DNA of 63,788 nucleotides, counting the filler, from Reclinomonas americana ATCC 50394 (lineage: Eukaryota), in NCBI GenBank assembly GCA_048213135.1. It is 5 parts of 4 records of this genome, joined end to end, with 100 filler letters (N's around TTAATTAATTAA, not from the genome) between each part and the next. Parts side by side here need not be neighbours in the genome. Positions count along the whole stretch, not along the records: positions 24,104 to 33,636 come from PS015219.1; positions 33,737 to 38,357 come from PS015219.1; 3 more parts are not named here. One strand, given 5' to 3'. Below the pieces are notes generated by a model. It worked only from the letters and a program-made list of their open reading frames with translations, made no database searches and was not told the DNA's origin. The position numbers were made by a program, and so were the translations under genes. Numbering within the stretch: the stretch's first letter is position 1; the number at the start of each line of letters is the position of its first letter. Below, one piece after another: positions 24,104-38,457 of the stretch.

Positions 24104-26324
24104 CACTTCGGGTGTGCCAATGGGGCGCCGCACCTTGGTCTCACGCATCGCCTGATGGCGACAGAAGGAACAGATGAGACAGCAGGAGGTGTGTGCAGCA
24201 CGCGGGGAGCGCAGTACGTACGTTTTCAAATTCCTCCTCAATGGCCTTCTCCATGACGCCGATGAGATGCTTGCGCGATTCGAGCTTGTCGGGGTCGTAG
24301 CCTTCGTCGGCGAGGAAGGTGCGCAACTTGCTGAGATCGGCGGTCATGCGTTGCAGCTGTGCCTTGAGTGTCGCGGCCGTTTCCGCCACAGATCGCAAAT
24401 CGGCCATCTGGGAGAAAGGGGGTCAGGTCACATGCGAGTCGAGAGCTGCCTCGCAGCCGGCTAGCAAACCTCGTGCTTGATCAGCTGCAGTTCGCTCATG
24501 GCGGCCTTCAACTCGTCACGAGTGGCCTGCAACTCGGCCTGCGTGCTCTGCAACGCGGCCTCGGTCATGTGCAACGTGCTTTCCGTCTCCCGCAGTGTGT
24601 CTTGCGTGGAGGCTAGCTCGGCCTGGGCGAGTGGAGGGAGAGGATGAGCGGCAGTCACAAGACAGAGAGGCAGGGAAAGACATCTATTATGCAAAAAACC
24701 TGCACACGCGACAGTTGTTCCTGCAACTCGGCGCACGCCTCCTGCCACCGCCTCGTCTCTTCGCGCTGCTGTTGCATTTCGGCCTCGTGTCGCATGCGCA
24801 TTCGGTCGCGCTCACGCACCATCTCCTCGCGCTCCTTGACCATAGACTGCAAGCGCCCCTCCATCTCCGCCAGCTTGCCTTCGTACTCCTTGCGCACGTC
24901 GGCGCACGCAGCCATCAAGTCGGCCTCGCTGTAGCCACTCTGTTCCATCAGCGCGGCACTATCATCCGGTCGCTGTTGGCCCAGCATCTTGCGCAGGCGG
25001 ATGGTCTCTTGCAGCAGCTCATTGCGCGTCTGCTGCCACCACGCCGCACGCTGCTCCAGCGATCGACTGACGTTGTCCAGCTCGGTCTTTTGCTCCCTGT
25101 TGGTGGCCTGTACCACATATACACACACAAAGAGCAGTCAGCGCATAGTGGAACAATCGCGACCGTGTGCCTGCAAAAAAACGCACCCGCAGTGTTCGAA
25201 TCTCTTCCGACCACGCCTGCAAACGAACCAAACGACGGTGGTGAGCAAGTGCACGGCTCTCTTTCCCTCTAACAGAGAACTCACCGTCTCTCGCCAGTGG
25301 TGCGTTTGCCGCTCAAACTCCAGCGCCTTGGCCATGAGTTCCACCGACTCGCGCACCGACATGACTCGCCTCTCCAGATTGTGCGAGCCCCGCTGCAACA
25401 GGCGCACCAGCGCATCCTTGTCCCACAGTACCTGCACTGCCACACTGGCCGGCGTGTTCGGCTGCGAACTCAGCACCGCGTACTTCCAGTCGTCGGCAGG
25501 CTCCCACGTCGGAACACTGATCGAGAGCGCCGGCGCTGGCATTGTCGACTGATCCTGGTCGGGCAAGCTGCGTGCGCTGCTCCCCGCCAATCCCACCATC
25601 GCCAGCTGCGGCGGCAGAGCTGGCGGCGCATCGCCGGCATTGGTGGCAGCCGCCACCGCCGAACTACTGCGCAGAGTGTTGTTGACCAGCTCCTCACTCC
25701 ACTCGGCCAGCGACACCAATCCGTCGTCAAACACCTGCCGTGCGAGTGAGCGACGCTGAGAGCGGGGAGAGACACGTAAGAGAGGGTGACAGCACCTCGC
25801 CGAGCCACAGCGCCACGGCATCGGTGACGAGTGCAGCGACTCGATGTGTCGCCGCGTCCAACAACAGCTAGTGTGTGTGCCTTGATGGCGGCCTCATCCT
25901 CGGCCTCATAGTACGGCACGCTGTTCGCCGCCGCCAGAGCAGCCGCCGAGGCAGCCGCCGCCGCTTCGGCCTCTGCGCGCTTACTCATACTCTCCTCGTC
26001 GGTGCTGAAAGAGACCACCGAGGGCGACTTGCGATGCATGCGACGAGCGGGTGAGGTGACCGACTTGGTCATCGCCGCCGCCGCCGCCGGCATCTCTCTC
26101 CACTCGGGAGTGCCGGGCACACCGGCACTGGCGCTGTGTGAGTGCCCGTGTGCGCGCCACGGCATAATGTGTGGCCACGGAATCGTCTTATCGACGTGTT
26201 GCATGTGTGTGAGGCCACTGCCGCGCCGGTGCTGACGTGGCGACGACAGCGGCGAGGCGCTGCTGCGGTCGGCATCGTCGCGACTGGGCGTGCGAAGCGC
26301 ACTGCGTGGGCTCTTGGAGGCCAT
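24104..26324 (-). CDS. Uncharacterised coiled-coil protein, 3' end truncated at linker
   Basis: ATG at 26324 (MASKSPRSALRTPS); GT-AG exons with heptad E/Q/R/L-rich segments (AELASTQDTLRETESTL..; KEYEGKLAEMEGRLQSM). Confidence 0.7.
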
Positions 26325-26430
26325 GCGCGAGAGGAGCAGAGGTGATGATTGAAGAGGTTGGTTGGTTGGTGGCGTCAATGTCCGATCATCGTCGATCATG
26401 CATGATATTGTTGATCGGTTTTACTACTCC

Positions 26431-28893
26431 TCACGTGGCCGCAGCTAACCTCAGAGCTGTGGCGATTGGCGTGGCTTCAACATCCGGTCGCACGTACACG
26501 TCGACAAACGAACGCTGCATGTCTTCGACGGTGGCATGCGGCGAGGCCAGGAAGACTTCGCGTGGCTGCTGCAACGCGTACAGGTCGGCCGGTGGCGACG
26601 ATGAGCGTGGCGATGAGACGGCAGCAGCACCACCACTGGCCATGTCGTTGCTCTGCATCACCACCTCGTGCAGCTCGCGCAGGCGCAGCTTCAGTTCCTC
26701 GCTGGCAATCTGCTCCCTCATCACCACACCCTCGAGCTGGCGCAGCTGTTGCGCCATTTTCTGCATCTCCGAGGCGTGACGTCGCTCCGCCTGCTGCAAG
26801 CGCGCACGTTCGGCTTCCACTTGGGCGCTCACTCGAGCCGCCGTGGAGCGCTCCAGTGCGGCCAGGCGCGACTGAATCTCGTCGAAAAAGGACGATTCGG
26901 TCGCGGCCAGCGTGCGAATGAGACGAATGTGTCGCTGCAGATCGGCACTCTCGCGAAGCGCGAGAGTGAGCTGTGGCGACGCGAATCAGCTAAGTATTGT
27001 CGACTTTGTGGTGGTGGTACTTGTCGTCGTCACATCACCTGCTCACTTGAGTCGTCAAACTCGACGCGCAGCGAATCGAGTTCCTCGCGCACGCGATCCA
27101 GCGAGTTGACGGCCGTGGTGGCCACCGAGTCTGTCCAGCCGTGAATGTCTTCCACCACACTGCGTCTTGTGTGAGAAAGGAAGAGGAGGGGGAGAGACAG
27201 GAAGAAAGGCACTCAACTGTGAAAACTGCTTCTCCACCGCCTGATATCGCATCGCGTCGAGGGAGGTTTGAACGGCCAGCGCCGGTCCCACAATCCGCTG
27301 GCTCACCCAATTCTCGGCCTCCGCCACGTCGAGATCGTCCTCCCGACCACAATAGTCGCGTGCCGTGCAGTCGGACTGCCGCTGCCGCACCATGTCGCCG
27401 GCCCACAAAAGACACCGCTTCAAGCACGCCACACTGTCGCGTTCGCGCGCCAGCTGCAGTCGCACCTCGGCCAGTGTCCGCTCGAGATCCGCACGTTGCG
27501 ACACCCACCCGCTAGGGTCGGGAGGCTGCTGCATGGCCTGTCGCACTTCGGCCTGCACCTGGATCTCGTCCAGTCGTGCGTACACATCACGGAGAGTGTG
27601 GCGATCGCGCTCTCGCAACGCCGCGCACTCGGCCTGCAACACCGTGAAGCGACTGGCCAGATGCAGAGTCTCCTCGCACGCACTGGAGTGCGCCGTCTGC
27701 AACTGGCTCACCACCTCGGCCATGCGAAGCACATCGTCCAGCATCGCATGTGGTGTCAGGGCGGCGTTTGTCGAAAGTGGCGCTCGCGCGCTGCTGCTGC
27801 TGCCGCCGCCACCGCCGCCCCCACCGTGTCGTAATCTCTGCAGTGGTGACATGGACGACGAGACCGCAATGGGCGGCTGGAGAACTTGCCGTTGCAGCAG
27901 CGTCAGTTCGCTGCGCAGCTCGTTCAGTTCCAGCTGACCGCGCGCAATCACCCGATCGGTGTTCTCCTGCACCGTCTGCATCTCCACTGTACCAAGGAGT
28001 CAGTACGTGTGCATGTGCGCATGCTACCAAACACACGTAGCACCGCACCATGAGCATGCCGGCGAAGGACATCGGCCTGCTCACGCGCCTCCTCGCACTG
28101 CTGCCGCAACATGACCAGCTGACTCTCCTGTCGCCTCGCCAGACCGATCACCGCCATCAGACTCTCACGCATATGATCAAACAGCTGACACATGACCACA
28201 TCCACCGACTGCAACAGCTGCGCCTGGAACGCTCCTGTTTTTCATGGATGATGAGGCATAAGGAACAAATCGTAAAAAAATCGAGCGGGCCCGCAACACA
28301 GACCTCGGTCCGCCACATGCCGCTCACTCCACTCCTCAAACGCCTGCAGCCGCGCTGCCGACTGCTCCAGCACACTAAACCGCGCACGAATTCCCCCATA
28401 GTCCTCCTCCAGCTGGCGCCACAGATCACCCTCGCGCGCGCGACGATCCTTCAACGCCGCCACCTCCTTGCGCAACGCCGCCACCTCCTCCAGTGCCAGA
28501 CTCTGCGGGCGGGACACTGTGAGACGACCGGCGCTCACATATACAGGCACACAGAGGAGGCGGAACCAGAGCAGCGTCGGGAGGAACGATTTGCGGAGCT
28601 GTTGTTGTTGTTGACGATGACGAAGATGAGGAATCGCGTCGCGTGATCGACAAGGTGGCGCGCAGCCGCTCCAGCTCGCGTTCTGCTGCCACTCTGCCCT
28701 CCTCTGCCACACGCGATCGCTCACTGGCCTCCTCCACACGCGTCTCCAGCATGATCAGTCGCCTGTGTATGCGCAGACGTCGATCACCACCTTCTCTCAT
28801 CGGATGAAGTGCTTGCTCACTGGCTCACCGTCGTAGTGTGCGGATCTGCACACTCTCAGGCACCTCCTCCGCACCATCGCCGTGATCCGACAT
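26431..28893 (-). CDS. Uncharacterised coiled-coil protein
   Basis: ATG at 28893 (MSDHGDGAEE..); spliced heptad-rich exons (LEEVAALRKEVAALK; ELNELRSELTLLQRQ); stop at 26431. Confidence 0.7.
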
Positions 28894-28987
28894 TTGAACT
28901 TCGGGACACCAGTCCGGACAGCCTTCTTTATTGGATCAACCTTGGCACGCGCTCAGCTCACACACACGCGCAAAACGACTCGCCCTC

Positions 28988-31336
28988 ATGAGCAGCAATG
29001 GCGCGCTGCTGAGTCACTTGAGTGGCGGTGACCAGTCGCGGTATGTGTGTATGTGTGTATGCGCGCGCGGCGAATCATACGTTTATCATCGCCTTACACG
29101 TTCTCTCTCTTCACGCGCACAGCAGACGCCGTCCAAGTCATCCACCAATAGCGACAAACGTTCTCGCACACGGCGCCACCATTCTGCTCCTCTCACATCA
29201 GCCAGCACCAGCGCCTCCTCCGCCACCGCCACCACTCACCGCATCGCAGTCGCTGTCTTCTTTTCAAAACACGCGACGCTCTTCTCTGCTGTACGCGGCC
29301 GCCACGCCCAACGTCCCTCATCCTCATCCATATCCTCAGCAGCAGCTACAACAACAGCAGCATCCGCCAGTGACAGCCACTGCATCAGCAACATCCATTT
29401 CATCGTCGTCGTCGTCGTCGCTGACCTCGTCGCCGACATCGTCGGTGCCTATGCTGCCGGCGGTTGGACGAGGCGGTGTGGTTAAACCGTCGCCTGCGGC
29501 TGTGGCAGTGTCGGCTGGTGAGTCTCATGTTGTTCCGAGTCATTTCGCGTTGACGGATCAGCGATTCAACGTCGGTGCGTGCACACAGAGCGACGGACGA
29601 CGCAGCGTGGGAGTAGAACAAAGCAGCTGGCGTCGTCCGCGTCGGCGGCGGCGGTGGTGAACACACCGTCGCCGGGGGCGCCAGTGGCTGTGGGGACTCC
29701 TCCGCCACCACCGCCGCCACCACCACCGGCGTTGTCATTACCGCTGGCCACGACGCGCCGTCGCACGAGTTCCGAGGGCGTGGTGGGCGATGTGCAGACG
29801 ACACCGGTGTTGTCGGCACGGCATCGTCTTTCGCCAATGCGACAACCACAAATGACGGAGGAGGTGCGGGCGACGGAACGACGGCGATCGGGTGGTCCTG
29901 GTGGCAGCGGTGTCTTTTCGCCGCCGCCGCCGGCGGGTGGTTTGTCGGGTAGGCGGCCACCACCCGGTGCCATGTCGTCACCGGCGGCTCCGCAGCATGA
30001 AGCGACCGCCACCATCACCACCAATGCATCCAATTCAACAACGGTTACTGCTGCTGCTACGGCGGCGGCGGCGGCATCACCCTCCACCGCAGCTGTGCCT
30101 CCAGTGGTGCAGATTCCGCAGTTCTTCCCGGCGCGCGGCTGGACCAACAGCAGTGGCCGCAACAAGGATCCGTCTGCGCCTTCGTCGCGCTCGTCGGCCG
30201 CCGGCGATGATCCACGACCGGCGGTGCCAGCGCTGGCACCACCGGCGCCAACATCGCCGCGGATGCGCTCGCCACAGATCGACTCGCGAGCTCTGCTGTC
30301 CTCGCTGCACTTGCCGGTGTCGGAGATGGCACGGCGTGCAGTGGTGGCACCGACGGGCTCGTCCTCGGCTCCCACCACACCGCGCATGTATCGTGTGGCC
30401 GACACGGACGCCGCTGCTACTGCGACGAGCGTCACGTCGCTGACGCCGGAGAGTCTGCATGCGCACAACCGACTGTTGGAGGAAGCGCAGCAGCGTGCGG
30501 CTGGCGCCGCCGCCGCTCACCCCTCTCACGGTCGGCAGCCACTGGCCGCAGTCTCCGGTCAGCGCAACAATGCCGCCGGTACTCCGCCTCTGACTCGCCA
30601 CGCATCACGCGGCAGCACGATTCTCAAGAACAGCCCCTCCACTCCACATCATCACCATCACAATCACCATCATCAGCAACATCACGTGCCCGAGCGCAGC
30701 GAGTTTGTGGTCAAGCTCGTTCTCCGAGTGCAATCGTGGCGGCGTGACTTGCCCGGTGAAGACTGCCCCTTGTCGCCAGTGCCGTCGCCTCGTGCGTCGG
30801 TGTCACCCACCAGGGCACCACCGGCAACGACTGTGGATCCGACACAGCGCGAGCGCAATCGTCGCGCGCAGAGTGTCTCGGGCCCGGCTGCCAACTCCAG
30901 CGGCAAGAGGTATCTGGGGGTGCCGACCGCCACCACGGCTGCCTCGTCGCGCTCCTCGAGTCGGCCGTCGTCGCCATCGGCGGCGGCCGCAGGATCCCAC
31001 TCCGACGCGCTCACCAACGTGTCCCGTCGCGGCTCCTCCATGCACTCCCACTCGCCACCACCATCCTCCGCCGGTAGCGACGACGACGACGACGGCCACG
31101 AGTACGCGCACGTCAAGAGCGGCGGCCGGCGACTGACATCCTCTCGACCGTCGCCGCTGGTCGCCGGTCGCACTCCGCCCGCCGCGCGCCACAACCACCA
31201 CCACCACCATCGCCGCATCTCGTCCTCCTCGTCGCTGATCGACGACCTCAGCCCGCACAGCAGCGCCAGTCACTCGACCGCCTCGCGCTTCTACTCGTAC
31301 CGCGCGATGAAGACGCGAAGCACCCGTCTCTTGTGA
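28988..31336 (+). CDS. Low-complexity Ser/Pro/Ala/His-rich, probably disordered protein
   Basis: ATG at 28988, short exons, then a 1.7-kb open frame to TGA at 31336; no recognisable domain. Confidence 0.65.
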
Positions 31337-32398
31337 AGGGGGGAGACAAATCTAGTGTACTATCAATGCCTGTAATGCCACACGAGACGAAGACATACAA
31401 GCGAGGCAGGGTGTTTTTTTCTTTTATGTATGGTACAAGGGTACTCGCCCTCGTCGAGGGCGGAAGGATCACTGGCTTCTCTTTTTTTTCCTTTATCACA
31501 TGGCCAGTGCGACTCTCGCCAGCTGCACGGCTAACATGGCCTCGGCCTTTGCGGCACGCTTGGCGACCAGCAGTGGCACAAGGAGAGCGTTGACTGTGAG
31601 TGAGCGTCGTGAGTGAGCGCGGGAGTGATCGGAGTCTCACAGATCCTCCTCGCGATCGCAACTGTCTTCGCGGCTATTGTAGGGTCCATCGGGGCGAATG
31701 GCAAAGATCTCACGCTGCCGCTGCAATGACCACTGCTGATACACGTAGAGTCCCACTGTGCGCGATGAGAAACACGAAAAGAGGAGTGAGATCGCAACAT
31801 ATCCCCGCGCAGACAAGTCAAATCCGACACACACACACACACACGCACCGGCGACATTGACACCCATGAGAACTGTACGCGCGTAGGCACACACACACAC
31901 ACACACACACGCAGGGAGAGAGAGAGACACACACACATGTGAGTGTGTTCGTTGTGTGATCATGACTGATCATGATACAAAGGCGATCTCAACTCTGGAT
32001 CGCTCCCTGCGCAAAGCGCACACGCTGAGCCAACATGGCCTGCACCAAAGGCGGAACAACAAACGTCATTATCCTCTTCCTCTCGCACGCTGCGCACAAT
32101 CAATACTGTCGCTCGCGAGTTGCCATCTGTCCCACTCCATTTTGAGTTGCAAAGCACAATCCATCCCCTCGTTCAGCTCCTTCATTGCGCCTTTGCCCTG
32201 CATTCGTCTGCGCCTTCCTCTGGTGACGGCCACCCGTGACGAGTTTGCGCGTGTGCGCGTGTGTTGCCTCTGCCTCGTCGACGAGATCATACCAACTCCA
32301 AGGTGTGCATTGCGCACATGTGTCATCATCCGTTTGCCTTTTTCTATGTGAGCGTGTGTGCCTCATGTATTGCTGTATCTCGTGCTCAGTGTGTGTGA

Positions 32399-34294
32399 AT
32401 GAGTGGAAGAGGAGGTGGTGGAGGTGGAGGTGGGAAGCGGCGACGACGAGGTGGAACTCACTACACAACTGTGCGGCGGCGAAGCAGTAGCGGCAAGAAG
32501 CGGCTGCATTCTGGGGCGACCAGTGATGGCTCACCGGCCAGTAGGCACAGTGGCGGTCGACATGCGCGCAGCAGTGGTGATACAGTGGATGTCGACGGCT
32601 ACAGTGACTCCTCCGTTCTCAGGGATGGCGTGCCTGCCGGTGGTGGTGCTGGTGCTGGTCGTCGAAAGCGGGGACGCCCTCCTCGCAAGCCCGCTCGGCG
32701 GAAGAAGGGTTACTACGATGACGACGATGATGAGGAGAGTGAGGACAGCACGAGTGAGAGTGACGACGATGATGACGATGATTACTACGACGATGACGAC
32801 GAGGACTATATCGGCGACTACGACGGTGACTACGGCGACAACGACGGCCGTGAGGGCAAGGGAGGCGACAGCGACGACGACGATGTTATTGTTATTGACG
32901 GTCCGCTGTATACCGGCATTGTATTGCTGCAGGGGAGTTTGTCGGCCGCCACGGACGCACAGATGTCATCCGACTCGGATCTGATGTCCTCCGATTCCGC
33001 GTCGTCCACAACAGTTGCGACTGGCTCGCCACGACGAGGAACATTGTCGCCACCACTGAAACGTGCTCGAGTCGATGATCCGCGGAGTGCGGCAGCCGCA
33101 GCAACAGCACCGTCGTCACCGCCGCGTTCGGCGGCTGCGGCACCCTTGGTCGACCCGCGTGCAATGCCTGGATCAGGCCCACATACCGCCACACCGACGT
33201 CCGCGCCGAACCCGGGTCCACCGCGGGCAGCAATGGCTCGTCGCCAGCATCCGTCGTCTGCGTCGCGCTCTGCGTCATCCACGCAATCGCAGCATGTTCG
33301 GGTTGTGAGACCACCAAACGTGCAGCTGCCCGGGGACGCGCAGTTGGCACGAAACATGCCGCCTGCTGGCAGTGCGGCGTCGCCGACGGAAGCCAGTGCA
33401 AACGCTCAGCGCGCTGCGCCTCAGCTGCAATCGCGTGTTCCACTCCCGCAGCAAGGGCAGACGACGCAGCCGCCACTATCGCAGTTGGAACTGTACAAGC
33501 AACGGTTGCTGCAGCGGGAGCAGCAGCAGCTGCAGCAGTATCAGCAGCATCAGATGCAACTACAACAGCAGCAACAATTACATCAACAGCAGCAGCAGCA
33601 ACAACTGCATCAACAGCAGCAACAACAGCAACAGCANNNNNNNNNNNNNNNNNNNNNNNNNNNNNNNNNNNNNNNNNNNNTTAATTAATTAANNNNNNNN
33701 NNNNNNNNNNNNNNNNNNNNNNNNNNNNNNNNNNNNAACAACAACAACAGCTTCAACAAGCGGTATCCCCGTCATCCGACGATCCATATGGTGCCGCGGT
33801 GACTCAGAAGTACTCGCTTTCCAGTGCGGAGCTCAGAGCGATGGGGTGAGCGGATGACGTTGCCGTTGTGTTTGTCATCTATGTGAATTGCTTACTGATC
33901 CTCTGAGTAGGGGAAACGCCCCGCAGCCGCAGAATCGCCCTCTCCCGCGGTCAGTTGTATGTGTCATTCGTGCAGCAAGTTGATGGAAGCTGCGCTGACT
34001 CAGTTTTCGTGTCCACTGCAGCCGCGATAGTGTCGAGCAGCAGCAGCCGACAAGTCCTATCACTCCCGGTGGCAGTGCGAGGTGCGGCACCATCGTATCA
34101 ATGTTCTTGTGTGGATTTGGCTCACTCAACACCATCGACAGCTCGTCGGTCGCCGTCCAACCACTCCGTCGCGATCGTCCGGAACTCGCAGTCCCCGCTG
34201 CGCGTGATTACAGTGGCATGACAATGCAGCAGGCCGGACTTGACCGCAGCACGCTGGCCCCCATGATTGCGTCTGCCGGTCAACAAATGTCCGC

Positions 34295-34386
<92 letters not shown>

Positions 34387-37094
34387 TAGTAGTACGTCGT
34401 ACGTACGTANNNNNNNNNNNNNNNNNNNNNNNNNNNNNNNNNNNNNNNNNNNNNNNNNNNNNNNNNNNNNNNNNNNNNNNNNNNNNNNNNNNNNNNNNNN
34501 NNNNNNNNNNNNNNNNNNNNNNNNNNNNNNNNNNNNNNNNNNNNNNNNNNNNNNNNNNNNNNNNNNNNNNNNNNNNNNNNNNNNNNNNNNNNNNNNNNNN
34601 NNNNNNNNNNNNNNNNNNNNNNNNNNNNNNNNNNNNNNNNNNNNNNNNNNNNNNNNNNNNNNNNNNNNNNNNNNNNNNNNNNNNNNNNNNNNNNNNNNNN
34701 NNNNNNNNNNNNNNNNNNNNNNNNNNNNNNNNNNNNNNNNNNNNNNNNNNNNNNNNNNNNNNNNNNNNNNNNNNNNNNNNNNNNNNNNNNNNNNNNNNNN
34801 NNNNNNNNNNNNNNNNNNNNNNNNNNNNNNNNNNNNNNNNNNNNNNNNNNNNNNNNNNNNNNNNNNNNNNNNNNNNNNNNNNNNNNNNNNNNNNNNNNNN
34901 NNNNNNNNNNNNNNNNNNNNNNNNNNNNNNNNNNNNNNNNNNNNNNNNNNNNNNNNNNNNNNNNNNNNNNNNNNNNNNNNNNNNNNNNNNNNNNNNNNNN
35001 NNNNNNNNNNNNNNNNNNNNNNNNNNNNNNNNNNNNNNNNNNNNNNNNNNNNNNNNNNNNNNNNNNNNNNNNNNNNNNNNNNNNNNNNNNNNNNNNNNNN
35101 NNNNNNNNNNNNNNNNNNNNNNNNNNNNNNNNNNNNNNNNNNNNNNNNNNNNNNNNNNNNNNNNNNNNNNNNNNNNNNNNNNNNNNNNNNNNNNNNNNAA
35201 TACCGCCGCCGATAGCTGAAGCACCTCCCAATCTAAAAATGACCCTCATACCGATGGTAATGTGTCTGTCGCGTGGCACGTATTTGCATGTAGCTGCATC
35301 TCACACGCGCGTCACAAAAAAAGATGGCCCCGGCCACCGGCGCTGGAACAGAGTCGCTGATATCGCGATTGGTTGATCGTTCGTTGTCGAGACCGAGCTC
35401 GTCGTCATCGTCAACCTCCACCTCGACAACGACCACCTCCACCACCACCACAACGACCACGCCAACGGCTGGTGGGGGCCCTGTAGCAGGAGTAGCGGCC
35501 GGCGGCACGGCGACTGCACCGACAGTGACATTGAAAACGCTGGCACGTGTGGCAGCACCCGAACGGAATCCACAAGCGGCGGCACCGTCGATTGCCAGCC
35601 TGCTGACCAATGGCGCGGCAGGAAACACTCACTCCAGTGGAGGAAAAGGAAAGGGAGCAGCACATCGCGCAGATCCGTGGCTGGTGTCTCGGGCGCTCGG
35701 GGTGGCGCACCCGTTTGAGACAGTGATGCCACACCAGCAGGCAACGAGGTTTGTCGCGCTGCGCATGCTTTTTAATGCTCGACGCATTGCCGGTCGCTCA
35801 TTATTGCAGCAACAGCGCTGAGGGGATGCACGGTGACATGAGCAACAGTGGAGGGCCGGCCAGGCAGCCTCAACAAGCGCGGCCAATACAACGCCCATCA
35901 CCGCCAACCCCGCCGCCGCCACCACCTCCCCCGCCACCACCCCCGCCACCTCCACCACCTCCCCCGCCACCTCCACCGCCACCTCCTCCGGTAGTACCAA
36001 CACCACAGGCAGCACCACCACCACAGGCGCCGGCGCAGCCACCGTCACAGCCGCTGTCGCAACGACAGCACATGTCTTCTGCGATGTCCACCATGGCCCC
36101 ACCACAGCAACCACCAGCACGGCCCCACGCAATCGTGGCACCCGCCGCAAGTCCGAGTCTTGGATCCATTGTGGCAACAGTCGCCGCAGCGAGTCCCGCA
36201 ACCAGTGCGCCCGCCGCGGTGGGCATTAACATGCCCTCTTCCGCATCGCTGATGGGGGCCAGTGTGGGATACCCGGCTGCGACTGCCGCTCTCAATGCGG
36301 CCGGTCTTGTTGTCCCGCCTGCTGCGCCAGCCGGTGCCAGTGGCAGTGGTGGTGGTGGCGCTGCACCGGCACCGTCATCAGCGGCATCCGTGATTGGCGG
36401 ACTCGCGTCATCGGGCAGTGCCACTGACGCCTCCGCAGCGCAGTCGCTGGCGACAATCGCACAACTGAGAGCCTCGAGTTCAACGACTGTCTACGACGCA
36501 TTCTTCGAGGTGTGTATGGCAAGTACGCCGGTTTTCGTGTGCTGATGTGCCCTGAGCATCTTGCACGCAGTTTTCGGATACGGCTGCCGTCATTTTCGGC
36601 CAAGACCTGCGCGTAATTCACGCGAATCAGGCTCTGCGTGCTCTTCTCGGCTTTGAGAATACGACCGTGGCGGGCGTGCCGATTACGGAGTTGCTGTGCG
36701 CGGGCAAGGTCTGTCCTCTTCTCTTTTTGTTGAGCGAGCGAGTCATTGACGATTGTTGTTGTCTTCCCCCGCAGGATGAGCTGCAACAACACACCCTGGT
36801 ACAGTACACCCGCAATGCGATGGAGTATCTCGGGTTCGCGAATGGGCTCGGGCGCAAGTCTGTACTCGTCAACGACATGTATGTGTGCCTGCCGTCCGGT
36901 GTGCGAGGACAGACATCTCGCGAGGTACGTTTGTTCTCGATCTGCGGTGCTGTGCGAGCAGCGTCGCTCACTCCTTAACACGCGGACGCCACCAGGTGTC
37001 CTATCGGAGCGTGGCCATCCGCATTCTGTGCTTTCCGCGTCTCGATGGTGCACAAACGTACTACGAATTTTGTGCCGAACTGCACCTCGTTTGA
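32399..37094 (+). CDS. Putative nuclear regulator: AT-hook, acidic tract, polyQ, polyP, C-terminal PAS-like domain (spans a linker and a gap)
   Basis: RRKRGRPPRK at about 32660; polyQ continues on both sides of the linker at 33681; in-frame spliced exons follow. C-terminus VYDAFFE|FSDTAAVIFGQDLRVIHANQALRALLGFENTTVAGVPITELL fits the PAS pattern. Confidence 0.6.
34297..34384. repeat. (GT)n microsatellite
   Basis: Long perfect GT run next to the gap; similar (CA)n runs at 23896-23936 and 52579-52660. Confidence 0.95.
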
Positions 37095-37142
37095 TCGCGG
37101 TAATGGCCGCTTACACGTAATTGAAACACCATAATTTATCAC

Positions 37143-38357
37143 TCATCGTACAGGCTCGCGAATGAACAACGATCCGTAGAGCTCGATCTGTGACAGATGC
37201 AACTCTAGACGGCCCGCGAGTGCCGACTGTATGAGCGACACTCGGAAGCGACGGAAGGCACGCGTAGTGTCCACAGGAAATGTTACAAAGGTTCCTGCAA
37301 GGAGTGTCGGTCATCCGCAACACAAGGAAAAGAGTGCATGCATACGTACCCGCAGGTCCACTCAGCGACGGATCTTGCACGTGCGACGACAATGTGACCC
37401 ATTCTTTGCCGTCATCGGAGCCCTCGAATCTCCACGACCGCATGTAGTTGTCTGCGACACAAGGGACGATGAGCACAGTCTCGGAAGCCTCTCTGGCCAA
37501 AATGATAACACGTGCAGCGCGTACCGGTGGTGCCGTCTTGCCGCAAAGTATACCCGGTGCAGATGAGTGAATGGTCGTCGAGCAGGTCGACCCGCACCCA
37601 CTGCTCGCGACGGCCTTCGGTGAACCACGTACTCAGATACGCGCGGTCCACGAGTCGCTCCGGTCTGTGCGTGTGTGTGTGCATGTAAAGCATATCATCG
37701 ATGAGCACAGCAGCAGCAGCAACGTCGTTCGTCGGTGGCACAGGCTCCACAAACCTCGAATATCGTGAAAAGGGCGACGACGTCGCTATGCGGCACATGT
37801 GCGACAAGTGTGGATTTTGCCACTTGCGCGTCCTGTGTGCGTGCGACTTGTCAGCGATGGCCCACAAGAGTGGGGAGACACGAGCGCTGCACACACTCAC
37901 CCGTACTTGGTGCCGAGGTAGTACAACACGCCGTTCTGATCGCCATCGTACATGTGAATCAGAAGAATGCCCTGCTGCACACGCCTGTCGTCGACGGCGA
38001 GCCAGATGCCAACGGTGAGTTCCTGACAACACTATGGCAACGAAACGAGATCAGCGACTCACCGCAGGCGAGTACGCGTCAGGGCACGTGGTTCGAGTTG
38101 CACGGCCGACGTCACATCGAGAATGTCGCATACGCCAGCAGCCGAAAGCGGCAGCGGCGGCGGAAAGTCCTCGCTGGCAGTGGGGCCAAGTTCCGGCGAG
38201 CACTCGCACGACGACGACGAAGTGGCCGTGCTGTCGACCACCAGCGAATCCATCTCCATCAAGTGTGCGGCGTCGCTGGCACCGAAATCGGCAAACACAC
38301 TGTCCTGCGTTCTCGGCGACGTCCCGGTACTTGAGGGTGGTGTGTCGACTGACAGGG
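37143..38357 (-). CDS. C-terminal galactose-binding/discoidin-like domain of an At2g30600-like (BTB/BACK-type) protein; 5' part missing
   Basis: YDGDQNGVLYYLGTKY..WQNPH..ATSSPFSRY..WVRVDLLDDHSLICTGYTLRQDG..YMRSWRFEGSDDGKEWVTLSSHVQD..FRRFRV..IELYG. Confidence 0.75.
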
Positions 38358-38457
38358 NNNNNNNNNNNNNNNNNNNNNNNNNNNNNNNNNNNNNNNNNNN
38401 NTTAATTAATTAANNNNNNNNNNNNNNNNNNNNNNNNNNNNNNNNNNNNNNNNNNNN

